A stretch of 64,000 nt of DNA from Octopus vulgaris (taxonomy: Eukaryota), in NCBI GenBank assembly GCA_951406725.2, contig OX597816.1:124620001-124684000 (forward strand), in the 5' to 3' direction. This document shows positions 43,201-56,491 of the stretch, one piece after another; position 1 is the stretch's first letter; each line of letters opens with the position of its first letter. Under the pieces are notes generated by a model. That model saw nothing but the letters and a program-made list of their open reading frames with translations, did not search any database and had not been told where the DNA came from. Both the position numbers and the translations under genes were made by a program.

Positions 43201-43489
43201 ACATTCGTCTGCTAACAGTTCCTGACGTGTAGTGCAATATTTATATCTTATGTTATAAATAAGAACTAGATTATTCTCGAAAATATGTGGTTTCTATTTC
43301 TTGGGACAAAATGTTGAGATTCATTCAAAATAGAAACGTATTCTAGTATAAGTAATACAGCTCTGGATTCTAGAATAGGTGGACAAACGAGACTGCTAGA
43401 TCGACATTCGAAGCATGTTCTATTTACTGGAGAAGTGTGTTGATATCAGTTCGAAACTTAGACACTACATTATTGCTTTAAAATTTTAG

Positions 43490-43685
43490 TACGAAGCCAA
43501 TAATTTTGGGAGTGGGGAAAATTCGATCATATCGACACCAGTACTCGACTGCTACTTACTTTATCAATTTCGAAAAGATGAAAGCGAAAGTCAGCCAATG
43601 CAGAATTAGAACTAAGAACGTAAAATCGAACAAAATACCATTAAGCATGGTGCTCGGGGTATTAACCATTCTGCCATCGAGCCGC
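43490..43685 (-). mobile_element. Degenerate Meta-like SINE
   Basis: TCGACACCAGTACTCGACTGCTACTTACTTTATCAATTTCGAAAAGATGAAAG...CCATTCTGCCA aligns with 13481-13620. Confidence 0.7.
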
Positions 43686-45057
43686 TTTATACACACCAGA
43701 TTGTTACTACTGAAATTAGTCAGTAGCACGTAACCCTGTTAGTGTTATGACTGAAACACTGTACAAAAATACTTCAAGCAAATAAGCATTAATCTCAAAA
43801 ACTCTTAAGGAAATGCAAGAATCAGAATTAAATAGGAGGAATATTAAAGACGCAGTGTTTTGGAAATTTGCTTATAAGAGTACATATGCAGAATTTACAT
43901 AAGAGAGATTGTTGATAGTTTATCAGAGCTTGAATTTGAATGCTCAGTCAGGGAAATAATTCTATATTAGATGACTCTGCTGGTAAATCACCGAAAAACT
44001 TCTTGCAAACGATCTTTCTCCTGACCATATATAATCTACTTAAAACATTATTGCTACCTATATGTGCACACTCATACAGCATGGTGTATATGAATATACA
44101 GCGTAATCTTCATAAATAACGCATTATTTCACCGACATTCTGCAGCCCCCAAACCATTACCAGATAACACAATAAACCTCTGCATGTTTCACCGCACTGC
44201 TGCACATGTCACTCCTACGGAATTACAAACTGTACACTGCAAACCTCTAAACCTCTCGTATTGATTCATTTCATTCCTTTTGTCATCATTAGGATGTCTC
44301 AACGTTAAACAGCTCCAATTACTTTGCTAGACTTCATATAATTATAAACAAAATGAATATTATCGCGAATGCTATCATAATTTACAATACTACAATGTTA
44401 TAATGTTTTATGAAACTCAAAACGTGATTTGAAATTCTCTTTTACAAGATTTTTTTTTTTTACTTTTTTCAATAAGACTAAATACTGATTTTCTATACAT
44501 GGATGAGGTTTGAATGTCATTCACATTAAAATATGCTAATAACTATTCTGCATTTGTATGCAGATTAGTCTAGTCGTATTATGCGTAATTACCAATTAAA
44601 TATATTAGAAGCAATAAACTGCTCTAGAAAACTTTCAAATCCAAGAAATATTTATGAACAACGCAATGGACAGTTCGTGATCACTGGAAAGTACAATGCT
44701 AATTAGATCCGTATTTTCGAATTTAGTTATTCCTTGCACAGTTTCTTGTGAAATAAGTGTGCTTGCTCACACTTAATTAGTTGATAATCTACTGCAATTT
44801 GCATAACAGATATAGTCATCTTACTGACGTAAATGTTCTGCAGAAACATCATTAAATTATACTCCATTTCCCCACATAAACGAGTTACTTTTATCCGACA
44901 ATACGAATATGAAATTGTGAAATGTCTCCCGTGTTAAAATCAATCAAATATATCAAATGGAAAATATCTTTTCTATAATGTCATTACTATTATTATTGTT
45001 GTTGTTGTTATTATTATTGTTATAATAATAATTACTATTATTATCATTATCATTTAT

Positions 45058-45330
45058 TGTCTTTGCACAGCTTCTAACGCTGGAGATGAAATATGGTACT
45101 AGCTGTTCACTATCAGTGAACTAAGGTAAAATTCCTTATTTTTTGAACACCATGCGGAGCATTCGATCGGTTCAAAGTAGTACTGTTTTCTGCAGCCCCT
45201 ATTTGTTCCATGAATTTCTCAAGATTCTTACTCATTGTTCCCAGGGCTCAGACAATTATTGCTATTACTATCACCTTTTTCAGCGATCACAACGGCTTAA
45301 CATCCCAACCTAACCTGTCATATCTATCTA
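45058..45330 (-). mobile_element. R4/Dong LINE 3' end in a (TAA)n-rich site
   Basis: VIAIIV*ALGTMSKNLEKFMEQIGLQKTVLL*TDRMLRMV matches the REL C-terminus VVGALGT...LQKTALLGTARILR. Flanked by TTA repeats. Confidence 0.8.
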
Positions 45331-45419
45331 CTTTTCTTTGTTGTTGTTGTTGTTGTTGTTATTGTTGTTATTATTATGATGATTATTATTATTATGATTA
45401 TTATTATTATTATTATTAT

Positions 45420-45735
45420 TGAGTGAGAGAGCAGTTCATGCCATCAAAGTGACATTGGGGTAAAATATACGAAGCCCAATATACCCATCATGACTACCCG
45501 TCTGATAAGGGTACACCAGGTACATGCATCACAACCATATGTGCGCGACATGGTGATCTCATATCAAGATAAGCAGCACATGACCTTGCAGGTGGGGCCC
45601 AGTTAGAATTTTCTTCAGGTTGAGTCGCCCATCCCGCTCAAAAGGTCCCTGAATAAGGGTTGTTTAAGGATGTTGAAAGAACCACCCATGCTTCCAGAGG
45701 TGAATTATTCAAACCCCAAAGAATCCCTCTCAACA

Positions 45736-45736
<1 letters not shown>
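45420..45736 (-). repeat. Non-coding insert between (TTA)n arrays, probably an R4/Dong 3' UTR
   Basis: Sharp (TTA)n boundaries on both sides within the R4 cluster; family assignment is inferred from context. Confidence 0.4.
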
Positions 45737-45797
<61 letters not shown>

Positions 45798-46051
45798 GTG
45801 CCGTCAGACGGCTAAGTCACACTGGACATTGGCTCCGTAATTTTTGTAAACAAATTGAGCATGACTCACGGGGAAATGCCGCATTCAGTTTCGCCATTTC
45901 TACCATCATGGAAGACGAATTGTTTGTTGCTGAGCAGTTACTTTGTTTGTGTGCGTTGTCTCCCATTTTAAGGTGGCAACTCGACAAAATTTTGCTTCTG
46001 TAACTTTTGTTTTCTCCCTCACAGAGAAATCACTTGATGAAACAATGAAGC

Positions 46052-47400
46052 GTGTGTCTATTCTGTATTTTGTGTAGTTTGTTCTTAGTCATAATCAGCC
46101 ATCTTTTTTCTCTGTCTTACTTATCTTCAAAATCACTAAGAAAAATTGTCCATGCATTATTTTCCTTACACAGCTATATTCAGTTTCATTCATTTTCAGT
46201 TGCTTGTACAGTAATTTATCTTTGCAATCATTCGTCCTACGCAAGCCTGACCTTCTTACTTCTCATAATAGCGGTTCTGTGGCATATTTTACATACCATT
46301 CTAAGTTGTTTTCTTCTGTAATAATGCTGTGTTTGCATCCATTAAGTCCTCTAACTCCTTTTTTTCTTGGTACATACGTTGTCTGTGTCACTTTTTGGGG
46401 TGGAGTGGCCCATATCTAGTCAACAACTTCTTTGCCTTTCCGTCTAAGCGGTTTAGTTTGTCTGCTGTCCATACGATTACCCCTGCTCCATTTCTAAGGA
46501 TTGAAACCGCCCAGGTGTTGATAGCTTCGATCTTATTCCGTCCGTTTAATTTCGACTTAAGATGAGTCTCAGTCTGCGCAAATACTCCACTTTAATTTTT
46601 TCTGAAATTTCTTTCTCCATCAATTTATCCATTGCCAATATCCCCAAGTACTTATAGCCCGTCTCTTCTCTCTGTTTCATAACCTCCCCCGATTGTATCG
46701 TTAGTTGATTTTGCCTCGCTTCAAGACTAGCACACCACACTTTCTCAGTCCGAACTCCATTCTGATATCAGCACTGAAATTATACACCGTATCAACGAGG
46801 GAACTGACTTGGGCCTCAACTTTACCATAAAGTTTGAGGTCATCCATGAATAGCATTTTGACATTTTGTTGGCGGCTTTTGAATACATACCATACCCAGC
46901 TTTTGCTTTCCTCAGAATCAGTGTTAGTGGCATGAATCATAGTACAAAGATCAGTGGGGACAGGTAGTTCCATTGGAAATGCCCCTCCTGATTTCTATTG
47001 TGCCTAAGCTTCTTCCGTATGCTGTCAGGTCCGTTTTCTAATTCGCCAGACATTTTCCAAGCATTCGCTCAACATTCGATGCAATACCAAATAGGTTCAT
47101 ACATTCCATAGTCCAAGGGTGTGGGATCATATCGTACGCCTTACAAATCCTTGACATGGCTAAGTTAGTTTTCCTCATCTTGCAGTCTCTAAGTACAGTT
47201 TTGTCTATCAAAGGTTGATCGTTGGTACCTCTGCAAGTACGCTTGCAACTTTTCTGCTCATGTAGCAGTACTCCGTTGTTTTTCAGATATCCGTACATTG
47301 ACTCTGCGAGTATTCCAGTCAATAACTTCCACATAAGTGGCAAACAGGATATCGGCCTGTAATTGTCTACCGTATTGCCTTTTTGCGATGTTTTTCAAGC
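46052..47400 (-). mobile_element. R4/Dong-clade LINE RT remnant
   Basis: [79 protein letters not shown] and MHGQF; frameshifted. Confidence 0.92.
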
Positions 47401-47799
47401 ACAGCACTGTCCTACACAATGTCAACGACTCTGACAGGGTTTTTCGAGAGACATATAAGGTGAAAAAGCTCGTTTCTTGTGCACGTGTTCAGTACGCGAG
47501 CACTGCTAACTTAGGAAGTTTGTTAAACCACTGTTCTCACGGGAAGGTTGCACTTTCAAGTCCATCGTAGTGATTGCTCTGCCATCTTAGCTCATTTCCT
47601 TCTGATTATTGGCCCTGATGCGGGAGATTGTGAAGCTGACACGCTTGGAAGACTGAGTTTAGACGTTTACCATCTTGGCCAACCTGTTCCAATTATTCAT
47701 GGAATGGAAGCTGTGACTCGAGAGAGATATAAATTTGCTGAAAGTTAAATGAGCATAACTCCAGTTAATGCATTCGGTATGCATCTTTAAGCTAGAGTA

Positions 47800-48450
47800 T
47801 GCAGTTGAGAACTACCCTTACTTCAGGATAATTTAAGATCTACCTGGTTCTTTTATTCGTCATAGACAGTTATATTCCTTGGGGAGCTTATCACATTGCA
47901 TACTGTTTATAACGCCTTCGTTTTACTCAATTATCTGAGTTTTGTGTAAACTGCTTCATCTTGTTATAACATGTCCCTGTCATATTCCCTTAACGTTTTA
48001 TGTAAGTGACGAGTATAAACAAATCATTTGTATTTTTATTCTTTTTCAGCAGCGAGATGATAAGTGTCTAATAAGTATGTAGGACTATGTTTGTATACTA
48101 CACCAGTTTCAAATTATTTGAGTATTTAAAAAAAAATTGCTTGTGTTATTCTAGTCTAGTGATTTTTTAATGCTTTTTCTTTTGTTTTAGAGTATGCACT
48201 ATGCGAATTGTGTTATTTTCTGAAGTGGCGTTTGAGTTTAGTATGTGCTGTGCGTTTGATGTTCTGTAGTATTGGATGGTATTCGAATAGAATATGTGGT
48301 TTGTAGTTTAATAGGCAGCTGCTATGTAAATGAAGATATATGACATATTGATGTTACCCTGTCGAGTGCTTATTGTGTATTTTACTGGATGCTGATCGTG
48401 TATATTATGTGTGTTGTATGTGGTTGTGTTTTATTAGGTAGTGGTTGTGG
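47800..48450 (-). pseudogene. Highly decayed Penelope thumb/GIY-YIG remnant
   Basis: TTTYNTHNIHDQHPVKY and EGVINSMQCDKLPKEY...RIKE resemble PTTTD...SxHP and GVVYxIxCxxCxxxYIG...RIKEH. Confidence 0.4.
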
Positions 48451-49074
48451 GATAAATGTATTGTGTCCAGGGAGAGATATAGAGGAAGAAAGGGGCGGGA
48501 GAGAGAGAGAAAAAAGCAAGAATATTAATTTTACTGTGATATTGAAATATATGTGTCTTCATTTAAATACGCTTTTCTTTCGGAAAAGAATTATAAACGC
48601 ATGTGATTTCCTAAACGTCTTTTCTTCTATAGTTTAAAGTGTCTTCTTTTTATTTATATCATACTCTTTCTCGTTCTTTAGGTTTTTATCTCTACACCTT
48701 AGATCCTTTCTTTTTCGTTTCCATTTCACTAAGTAAGGATAAGTCTTACCTTTAATCTCAATTGTATGTAGTAAACTTGATTTTCATTTTTGGCTGAATG
48801 TTTTCTGAGAGTTCAACTCTCATAGAAACAAATCAGATATCCTCCTGTACTATATCAGCCACTAAATATATCACATAATCTAGTCAGCTGATATTCAAGT
48901 AGTTTGTTTCAGTGGACAGATTTTCTTAGAAGGACTTGTTACATTGATTTATTCAAAGTTACGCGTCCGTCTGTAATAATGTCATAATGTCAGACAAGTG
49001 TTTATGTTGATTCATGTTAATCGATTTTATTATGAGTCCTTCAGTTTTCATTAGTGTTTCCGGTAGAAGACCAC

Positions 49075-49262
49075 AAGGTGGCTGAATCGTTAGCACAGCG
49101 GACAACGTGCTTAGTGGAATTTCGTTGGTCTTTATCCTCTGAGTTCAAAATCCTTTTACTGTCGAAGGTGTACTTGCTGCGCACTGGAGTCGATGCAATC
49201 GACTAGCTTCTTCAATCTACCACCACCTAAACATTTCAGACCTTGTGCCTATTGTAGAAAGG
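49075..49262 (+). mobile_element. Degenerate Meta-like SINE with internal deletion
   Basis: GAATCGTTAGCAC...GAGTTCAAA...GCACTGGAGTCGATGCAATCGACT...CCTTGTGCCTATTGTAGAAAGG. Confidence 0.7.
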
Positions 49263-49264
49263 TG

Positions 49265-50700
49265 GTTGAAGCTACCAACATTTGCCTTAGGACATTTGTC
49301 ATTGTCTTTCGGGTAGTGCGAACGAGTTGGTCAATCACCGCTTGTGTCCATTTCAGGATGGGTGCATTATAGCGGATAACAGCAACATTCCATATCTTGA
49401 TGGCAGTCACAGGGTTTTTGAGTTGAACTTTGATTTTAAGAGGAGTTTGAGGCACTCAAAATATGCAGTGATAAACATATCTTTTTTTTTTTCTGTGCAA
49501 GATATTGCCCAGCTCCAGGATCCCAAGATACTTGTACCTATCCTCATCCGGATCTTTCATTCTATCTCCGTTTGGCAATTCTATGTCCCTGTAATTTACT
49601 CTTTTCCCCCATTTCAAAGTAAGCACCGCACACATCGCGATTCCGAGTACCATTCCTATAATGCTTGCTGCACATTGGTACAGTCTCAACCAGCCTCTCC
49701 ATTTCAGGCTCTGTTTTTGCGATCAGTTTTAAATCATCCATGAAGAGAAGCTGATTGAAACGAAATTCATTCTTTCTCAGCTTATAGTGTGCATTGACTT
49801 TGCATAGGACTACAGAAAGTGGGTTCAAGGCTATAACAAATAACAGAGGTGAACAAGAGTCTCTTTGGAGGATATCTCTTTTGATTGTTACCTCGGCTAA
49901 GTGCATACACCTTCTCATCTATTCCACACATGTCGAGTGTTTCCAAAATCTACGAATACGGCAACATGTCGTAAGCTTTTTTGTATTCTACCCAGGCCAT
50001 GCATAAGGCTTTTTTGGTACCGTTTAGATTTCTTCATTATAACCTTGTCTATCACAAGGTGGTCCTCGGTGCTCTCGGATCATTTTCGGCATTCATTTTG
50101 TTCTACTGGCAGAAGATTGTTTTCCACAACGAACGTATATATTTTTCCTGCGAGGGTATCTGTTAATACGTTCCATATGAGGTTAAGACAAACAATGAGT
50201 TGGTAATTGCTAACCTCATTGCCCTTTAACCGATCTTTCATTAACAATGTTGTTCTTCCCTCTACCACCTATTCCGGAACTGTACTACTCTGTAGGCAAT
50301 TGTCTAATGGCAACGCAATTCTCTTGAGTATTGACTTAAACCACTTGAGCCGATGGCCTTGATTTTCGTCTGGTCTTGCTGCTTTCTAGTGCGGCAGTTT
50401 TCATATCTGTGCAATGACATCTTCTGTTGTTATGTGCACATGGCTCTGTCGTGAAGCCTCCGGGTGATGGAGGTCGGATCTCACTGAATGAATCCTCTCA
50501 GCACTGTCGTTCTGCGAAAAGTCTCGCCTCTAGATGTTATTGTAAAATTGGCGGGTTATCTCTGAATTCGGATATAATCTTCAGTATTTCTTCCTAAGCC
50601 CTTACAAAACTGCTTCTGGTTATTTGAGAATAACCGGTCTTGCTGGAACTGGAATATGCGATCAGTGTAGCGCTGCAACATTAATGTTTTAGCCCGCACA
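49265..50700 (-). mobile_element. Second R4/Dong-clade LINE remnant
   Basis: FQQDRLFSNNQKQF, VEGRTTLLMKD...NYQLIVCL, QRDSCSPLLFVIALNPLS, QLLFMDDLKL, YKYLGILEL and AVIRY. Abuts (TAA)n at 50706-50835. Confidence 0.92.
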
Positions 50701-50705
50701 CACAC

Positions 50706-50748
50706 ATTATTATTATTATTGTTGTTGTTGCTGTTACTATTATTATTA

Positions 50749-50815
<67 letters not shown>

Positions 50816-50835
50816 CAATATTATTATTATTTTTA
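50706..50835. repeat. (TTA)n/(TTG)n microsatellite
   Basis: Directly visible. Confidence 0.95.
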
Positions 50836-50836
50836 T

Positions 50837-50965
50837 GAGGTCGACCTTGCCTTTCATCCTTTCGGAGTCGATTAATTAAGTACCAGTGAAACACAGCGGT
50901 TGATGTAATCGACTAGTCCTCTCCCCACAAAATTTCAGGCCTTCTGCTTATAGTAGAAAGGAGTA
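50837..50965 (+). mobile_element. 3' half of Meta-like SINE
   Basis: GAGGTCGACCTTGCCTTTCATCCTTTCGGAGTCGATTAATTAAGTACCAG...TAGTAGAAAGGA. Confidence 0.85.
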
Positions 50966-51049
50966 ATAGTAGTAGCGCAATTAGTAGTAGTAGTAGTAGT
51001 AAGCAGCAGCAGCTGCAGCATAGTAGTATCACCATCATCATCATCATCA

Positions 51050-51700
51050 TTATGTTTCCAATACAGCTGTACAAAATCACTCACATGCCAATTTAATTAG
51101 CAAGTATGTTATTCCGTGGTTTGTTTGCAAGAAATCTCTTCAAATCTAATGAACCTTTCTTCAGATTGTTACGTACCTCAATTCCAATATCTTTCAGCCT
51201 TTCAGGGTTTCAGTTTTGTACAGTTTTCACCCATTCTGTGATATTGACAGAATTGTATAAAATAATGCCCCGGTCCCTAGCCGTGCTATTTGTTATATTT
51301 TGTGCGTATTTGTTAGTTTGGTTAGGCTCTTATCTGCGAGTATTTTAATCATTCCCAAGGCACCAGATATTACATAAATATACATCTGTATTCAGAATCC
51401 CACATTCTCGTTACCTCTATCCCATATCTTCACATTGTTACAGCTTCTCTAATAACTTAAACGCAGCATAATTGCCTACATAATTAAGGACGTAATTACT
51501 TTTCTGTTGATCGTTACCTACATGCTCCAGCTGATTAAACCTGATCAACTTAGAGATGATGGTTTGTATATTTTAGAATATAGTTGCTTTGTCATTCTTC
51601 GATAAATTTTCTCGTGTACATTTCTATCACATTTGTTTTGTCGGTATTTCCTAACGTAGCATAAAATCTCAAACTCTGTCATATCTGGACATATATTCTC
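51050..51700 (-). pseudogene. Old R4/Dong C-terminal remnant
   Basis: QIARLGTGALFYTILSI resembles QKIALLGTAHILRKTLS. Confidence 0.5.
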
Positions 51701-52539
51701 ACGTGGTAAGACTCAGCAGCAGAGAGAGGGGGAGAGGAGGGGAGGGAATGAAAGTGTGAGAAGACTGAGAGAATGTAATTATTTATTTCTTCCCAGTCTA
51801 TAAACACTCTACAGTGTCAATCTGTCATGTTTCATAGCATAATATTGATGGCTTCTGGTAAAAAAAAAAAACTCCCGTTCTTTTGTTTCACCAAAAAAAA
51901 AAATCATTCACTCTGTCCTCTTTCTGTTTTTACATTATGTCTAATTACCTCGTCCTTTCCACTGACAAAGGTTTGTCACTTAAGTCTACATTTTTTTTAT
52001 TTGCTGGTCTCTTTCAAAAACAGAAATATTTCTTTTTTTGTTCTGTTTTTTTTCTTTTGCTAGAGTGTTTTGGTAGTGTTGTTCCACAGTGTACAACTCA
52101 TAACATTGTTATTATTGTTTGGCAGTATCTAATGTTATTCATGCATGTCGTAGCTATACCACGATTTATCAGCTTTGTAGAAAGAAGCGATCTAATCAAT
52201 AATTAAAGAACGACAAAGGCTACAGAGACGATGTTATTACGATAATTCTCGATTACACGCGCGCTGATGTCTTTACTTGCACTTCAAATGATCCTATCAA
52301 CTAATATATAAATGCCTTGCTGAACACGTAAGAGATTATGAGATGAATCGGATTAACCTATAAATTTGCAGACTACAAATTATTACAGTATTTGTCAGTT
52401 TGTTTTACTGGATGATATATGTTCGTTAATGTTGCTATTGTTTTCGCTAAGACTATTACTTTATCTGTTCGCGTGATATGCTAAACTGAATAATGCATAA
52501 TACTGGTCTAATGATGCATTAATTATGTATTATTCTAAA

Positions 52540-53150
52540 CATTATAATGATAGCTTCTAGAGTTACGAATGATCAAATCAATATGGTGCTGATCAGCGAA
52601 CTGAGAACTGCACTAAACTCTGTCCATGGCTATGGCACTTTTTCAGTGTCAGTTCAGCTAATTCCAAATAAGTATCATAGTAAATTTATGAATCACACAC
52701 TAATTGACAAGTTTCGCCAAGCTTCAGCGTTACAATTCTCGAATGTCCGCAGAAAATGTGCTGGACGTCAACATTATTACTCTGCTCTGGCTAAAAGAAC
52801 CTAAATAAATTGATTAAACTTGTCATATATTGGCTTTCTTCTGCTTCTTATTCTGAATGCGCAAGTTGAATTAGTTTCAAGATTTCGCTGCGAACTAAAT
52901 AGACCTCATATGGAATTCCATTACCAGACAGGTTTCTTACCAAACTATGAAGGATTATACGCAGGCTAAAATATTAACTTTAAATTAGTTGAAGAATATG
53001 TTTTGTAATTCACACTCATTCCTCGCTGGTAATTGGAGTAAATGAAATGTTTCAAATAGGAACAAACCAAGAGCTCGTGGAATATATAATTAGAAACTTA
53101 ACAATGATTGAAATCACATAACGATATTTTGCGTCTGCGAAAATAAGAAC
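52540..53150 (+). pseudogene. Highly decayed RTE-like endonuclease C-terminus
   Basis: MNHTLIDKFRQAS...KCAGRQHYYSALAK resembles IDHILIDxRWxSS...GADxxSDHYLVVAK. Confidence 0.4.
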
Positions 53151-53349
53151 AAATTACGCATTCACACATCTCACCTGAAGTTATTCACTGCACAAATGCC
53201 ACATTAAAGGCAGAAGATCTCATAGAGTCTTTACTCAAAAACCTTCGGACATCCGTACAACATGGTAATTATAAATTGAATTATACTGTAAAATACATCA
53301 TAAGTATATTGCTCCGTAAGGCAAATATTGCAATTTATTTGTCAACACA

Positions 53350-54300
53350 GTCAGTATTATTTTCTGGTCTCCAATTTATCTTCCATCTTAGATGTTAAAG
53401 TTGATGTCACTGTGTGCGTAGCACATTGAGTAACTTTGGCTTTTAAGCAATTCTTCAGATTTCCTTATTGGTTCTGAGGCGCCGTTATTTTATTTGAATC
53501 ATCAGCTTTTAGTCAAGTAGCTACATATGCAAATGTGATCTATCGCTGAACTATGTAAGAAGGTTAATCAAGTTCTTGAAACCATCTTCCTAAGCATTCA
53601 TATGCACATCCTTCATGCAACCAAAGTCAAATCGCGAAATAATTTAACTGCAGGTGTGATACAACCTTATAATCTTAAAATAATTCATACGATACATAGA
53701 CGGAGGAATTTACGTATATAGAGCAACTAAATACCTTTAAAATAGACATGGTGTTGCTGGAAATTACCGCTAAGTCTGTTTCACAGAACACAAATGAAAC
53801 ATATTTGTCCTTGGGTTTCTCCGACAAAAACATGAACAACCATTTGCAATTCATCTTCATTACTAAACTGAAAGTAATGCGACACCAGCAAGATATTCGC
53901 CAAGGTCTGATATAAAAACCTCTTATATACATTATAGATCAATAAATTTCATTTTTTTATTTCTAAACCAAAATAATTTTGTTTGACTAAAACTCTTTAT
54001 GTTTGTACTGAAGCGCTGTCTATGAACTCACTATGTCAAATTTTGTGAAAAACAACGTTCAGTTATTCTTGCTATATTCCAAAGTAATGTCCCAACGTAG
54101 ATATTGTTCTTCACGCCTTCATAAACCAAAACTGAATTTTACTTGCCTCGTGACTGTTGACTCACACATAAGAGGAGAAATATGATCTAAATATCAGATG
54201 ATAAAGTAAAATCCCACAGGTCAACGAATATTAGGTATTACCCAATAAATTCAATGTATGCACTCCTACATTGGCTCTGTTTCTCAGAACTAGTCACCTT
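53350..54300 (-). pseudogene. Highly decayed LINE RT remnant
   Basis: FTKFDIVS*TAL...SNKIIL and a frameshifted C..SxLLFSLVM resemble KAFDSVxRxAL...PxKIIxL and GCxLSPLLF. Confidence 0.4.
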
Positions 54301-54838
54301 CACAGTCTTGCTTACTGAATATAACTTTATTTTCTGTTCCATCTACTCTCGTTTTCAATATCAGAGATACCGCACGAATACACCTGTAGCTCACTCGAAT
54401 TCACCTACAGTAAACTTCGACTGAAAGATGATTGAACTCAAAAATCAAGAGCTCTACATCACTAGTGTAGGGAAAAATTTCCGCTTCTCATTCATTAACT
54501 TATACATATGCGATACAAAATCTATATATATTACGACATGCTAAGACCAGTTTGCATATCCACTCACAATCTCACATACAAAACAATGAATACTCTAATC
54601 TCAGCACATTTAAAAATGATATACTTACACGTACACTCCTAAATGTGCATATATGTGTATACCACATACAGAAGGTGAGACGCGGGCACGCATTTGCATA
54701 ATACACTCCACACACACATATATATATGTATATACATATATGTATATGTGTGTGTGTGTGTATACGTATATATGTGTGTGTATGTATGTGTATATATATA
54801 TATATATGTGTGTGTGTGTATGTGTGTGTATATATATA

Positions 54839-55027
54839 GTTCGATCCACGCAGTGACCTGACTAATGATAATAATAATAATAATAATAACATGAAAAAAT
54901 ACTTTGGGAATGAGAACCCAGGTTTGAAATTTACCCAAGACACCTGATGAAGGCTGGAGGATATATCAAACGAAACGTTGTGTCAACAACAAACAAGATG
55001 AGGACAAATATCTGTCAAATGTAAATA

Positions 55028-55032
<5 letters not shown>
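54839..55032 (+). mobile_element. PLE pseudo-LTR-like repeat in (TA)n
   Basis: Paralogue of 5068-5297; contains a hammerhead motif. Confidence 0.7.
54939..54984 (+). ncRNA. Minimal type I hammerhead ribozyme motif
   Basis: GACAC-CTGATGA-A-GGCTG(10 nt)CAAAC-GAAA-CG-TT-GTGTC. Stem I is a perfect 5 bp and the core is canonical. Stem II is damaged here but intact (CAGCC) in the 5149-5194 copy. Confidence 0.7.
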
Positions 55033-55060
<28 letters not shown>

Positions 55061-55067
<7 letters not shown>

Positions 55068-55293
55068 AAAAAAGAAGTTTGAAAACGCCACTATATTAGA
55101 TAAATTTTAATTTTCTTAGAAATTTTACATGTTTCGGTTCTTGAAAAAACGAACCTTATCAAAAATATTTTTAAAAGTTAAGTGTAATAGAAAAGTTCAT
55201 AATTGTTTCTTCACGCTGATGAACCTTCATGTTCCAGATGTGTTATCAAATTTATCTAATATGATGGCGTTTTCAAACTTTTTTTTACAAATA
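55061..55293. repeat. Hairpin element (47-bp inverted arms) enclosing a hammerhead motif
   Basis: 55061-55107 is the near-perfect reverse complement of 55248-55293; flanked by TA repeats. Confidence 0.8.
55122..55167 (-). ncRNA. Minimal hammerhead motif with U3-A8 core
   Basis: Minus strand ATTT-TTGATAA-GGTTC(10 nt)GAACC-GAAA-CATG-TA-AAAT. Confidence 0.7.
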
Positions 55294-55325
55294 TATACCC
55301 ACTCGTATACGATCTACACTTATTA

Positions 55326-55426
<101 letters not shown>

Positions 55427-56120
55427 GTGTGTGTGTACATATATGTGTGTGTGTGTACATATATATGTGTGTGTGCATATATAACTGACCAGTTATATCG
55501 AAAGCTGGACTTAGGTCAATCCTATTACGTGCAATAGGTAGTAAGTCTTTACAGTATATCAGTAAGTAAATAACAATAATTAATTGATGGGCATTTCATT
55601 AGGATAAACTTTTAGTTAGTCCTATTAACATAATCTTAAGAATTATTATTTCTTCAAAACGCTATGACGCTATCTCTCCCTCTTTTTCTAGACCTATTGG
55701 CGTATCCCGTTATGGTAATTTTTTAATTTTACTTATTTAGTACCTATACACCTTGTTACCGTCATAGAAAAATTAACCCACCAATTAATATTTTAAATTC
55801 AGTCATTTACTCAACGACCTGAAGCGTCAGGTAAGCCTTTCATCTTCTCGAAGCTCTTCCTGTTTTCTTTCCTTTTCTTTCATGTATTTCACGCTGATGA
55901 ACCTTCATGTTCCAGATGTGTTATCAAATATGATGAATATTATTTTCAGAATTTTCAATGGCAATACCGGGGGACATTGGAAACAGAAACAGCTGTTAGA
56001 TGGAATACAATCTATTTGTATTAAAACGTAATAATTAATGTTAGTTAATTGTTGTTGACCAATATTTCTCCATTTTCTGTGTATTTTAAAGTTATATATA
56101 AGAAAACATACATCCGCCCT

Positions 56121-56352
56121 TTTTAAAGCTTAGCCAGGCTCATGAGCCCGGTTTCCCGGTTTCTATGACGTATGTATTCCCCAGTTGGACAGGATACTAG
56201 TCCATCGAAGCGTTACTCATTTTTGTCAGCTGAGTGGACAGGAGCAACGTGAAATGAAGTGTTTTGCTCAAGAACACAACGCGTCGCCCGGCCCAGGAAT
56301 CGAAACCACAATCTTACGATTACGCCCTAACCACTAAGCCACGCACCTCCAC
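56121..56352 (-). mobile_element. tRNA-derived SINE with CORE-like domain (OR-type)
   Basis: Minus strand GTGGAGGTGCGTGGCTTAGTGGTTAGGG (A box), GGTTTCGATTCC (B box), then TGTGTTCTTGAGCAAAACACTTCATTTCAC. Confidence 0.85.
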
Positions 56353-56357
56353 AAAAT

Positions 56358-56396
<39 letters not shown>

Positions 56397-56439
56397 TTGT
56401 ATATATATGTCTGTGTGTGTGTATGTGTGTGTGTGTATA

Positions 56440-56490
<51 letters not shown>

Positions 56491-56491
<1 letters not shown>

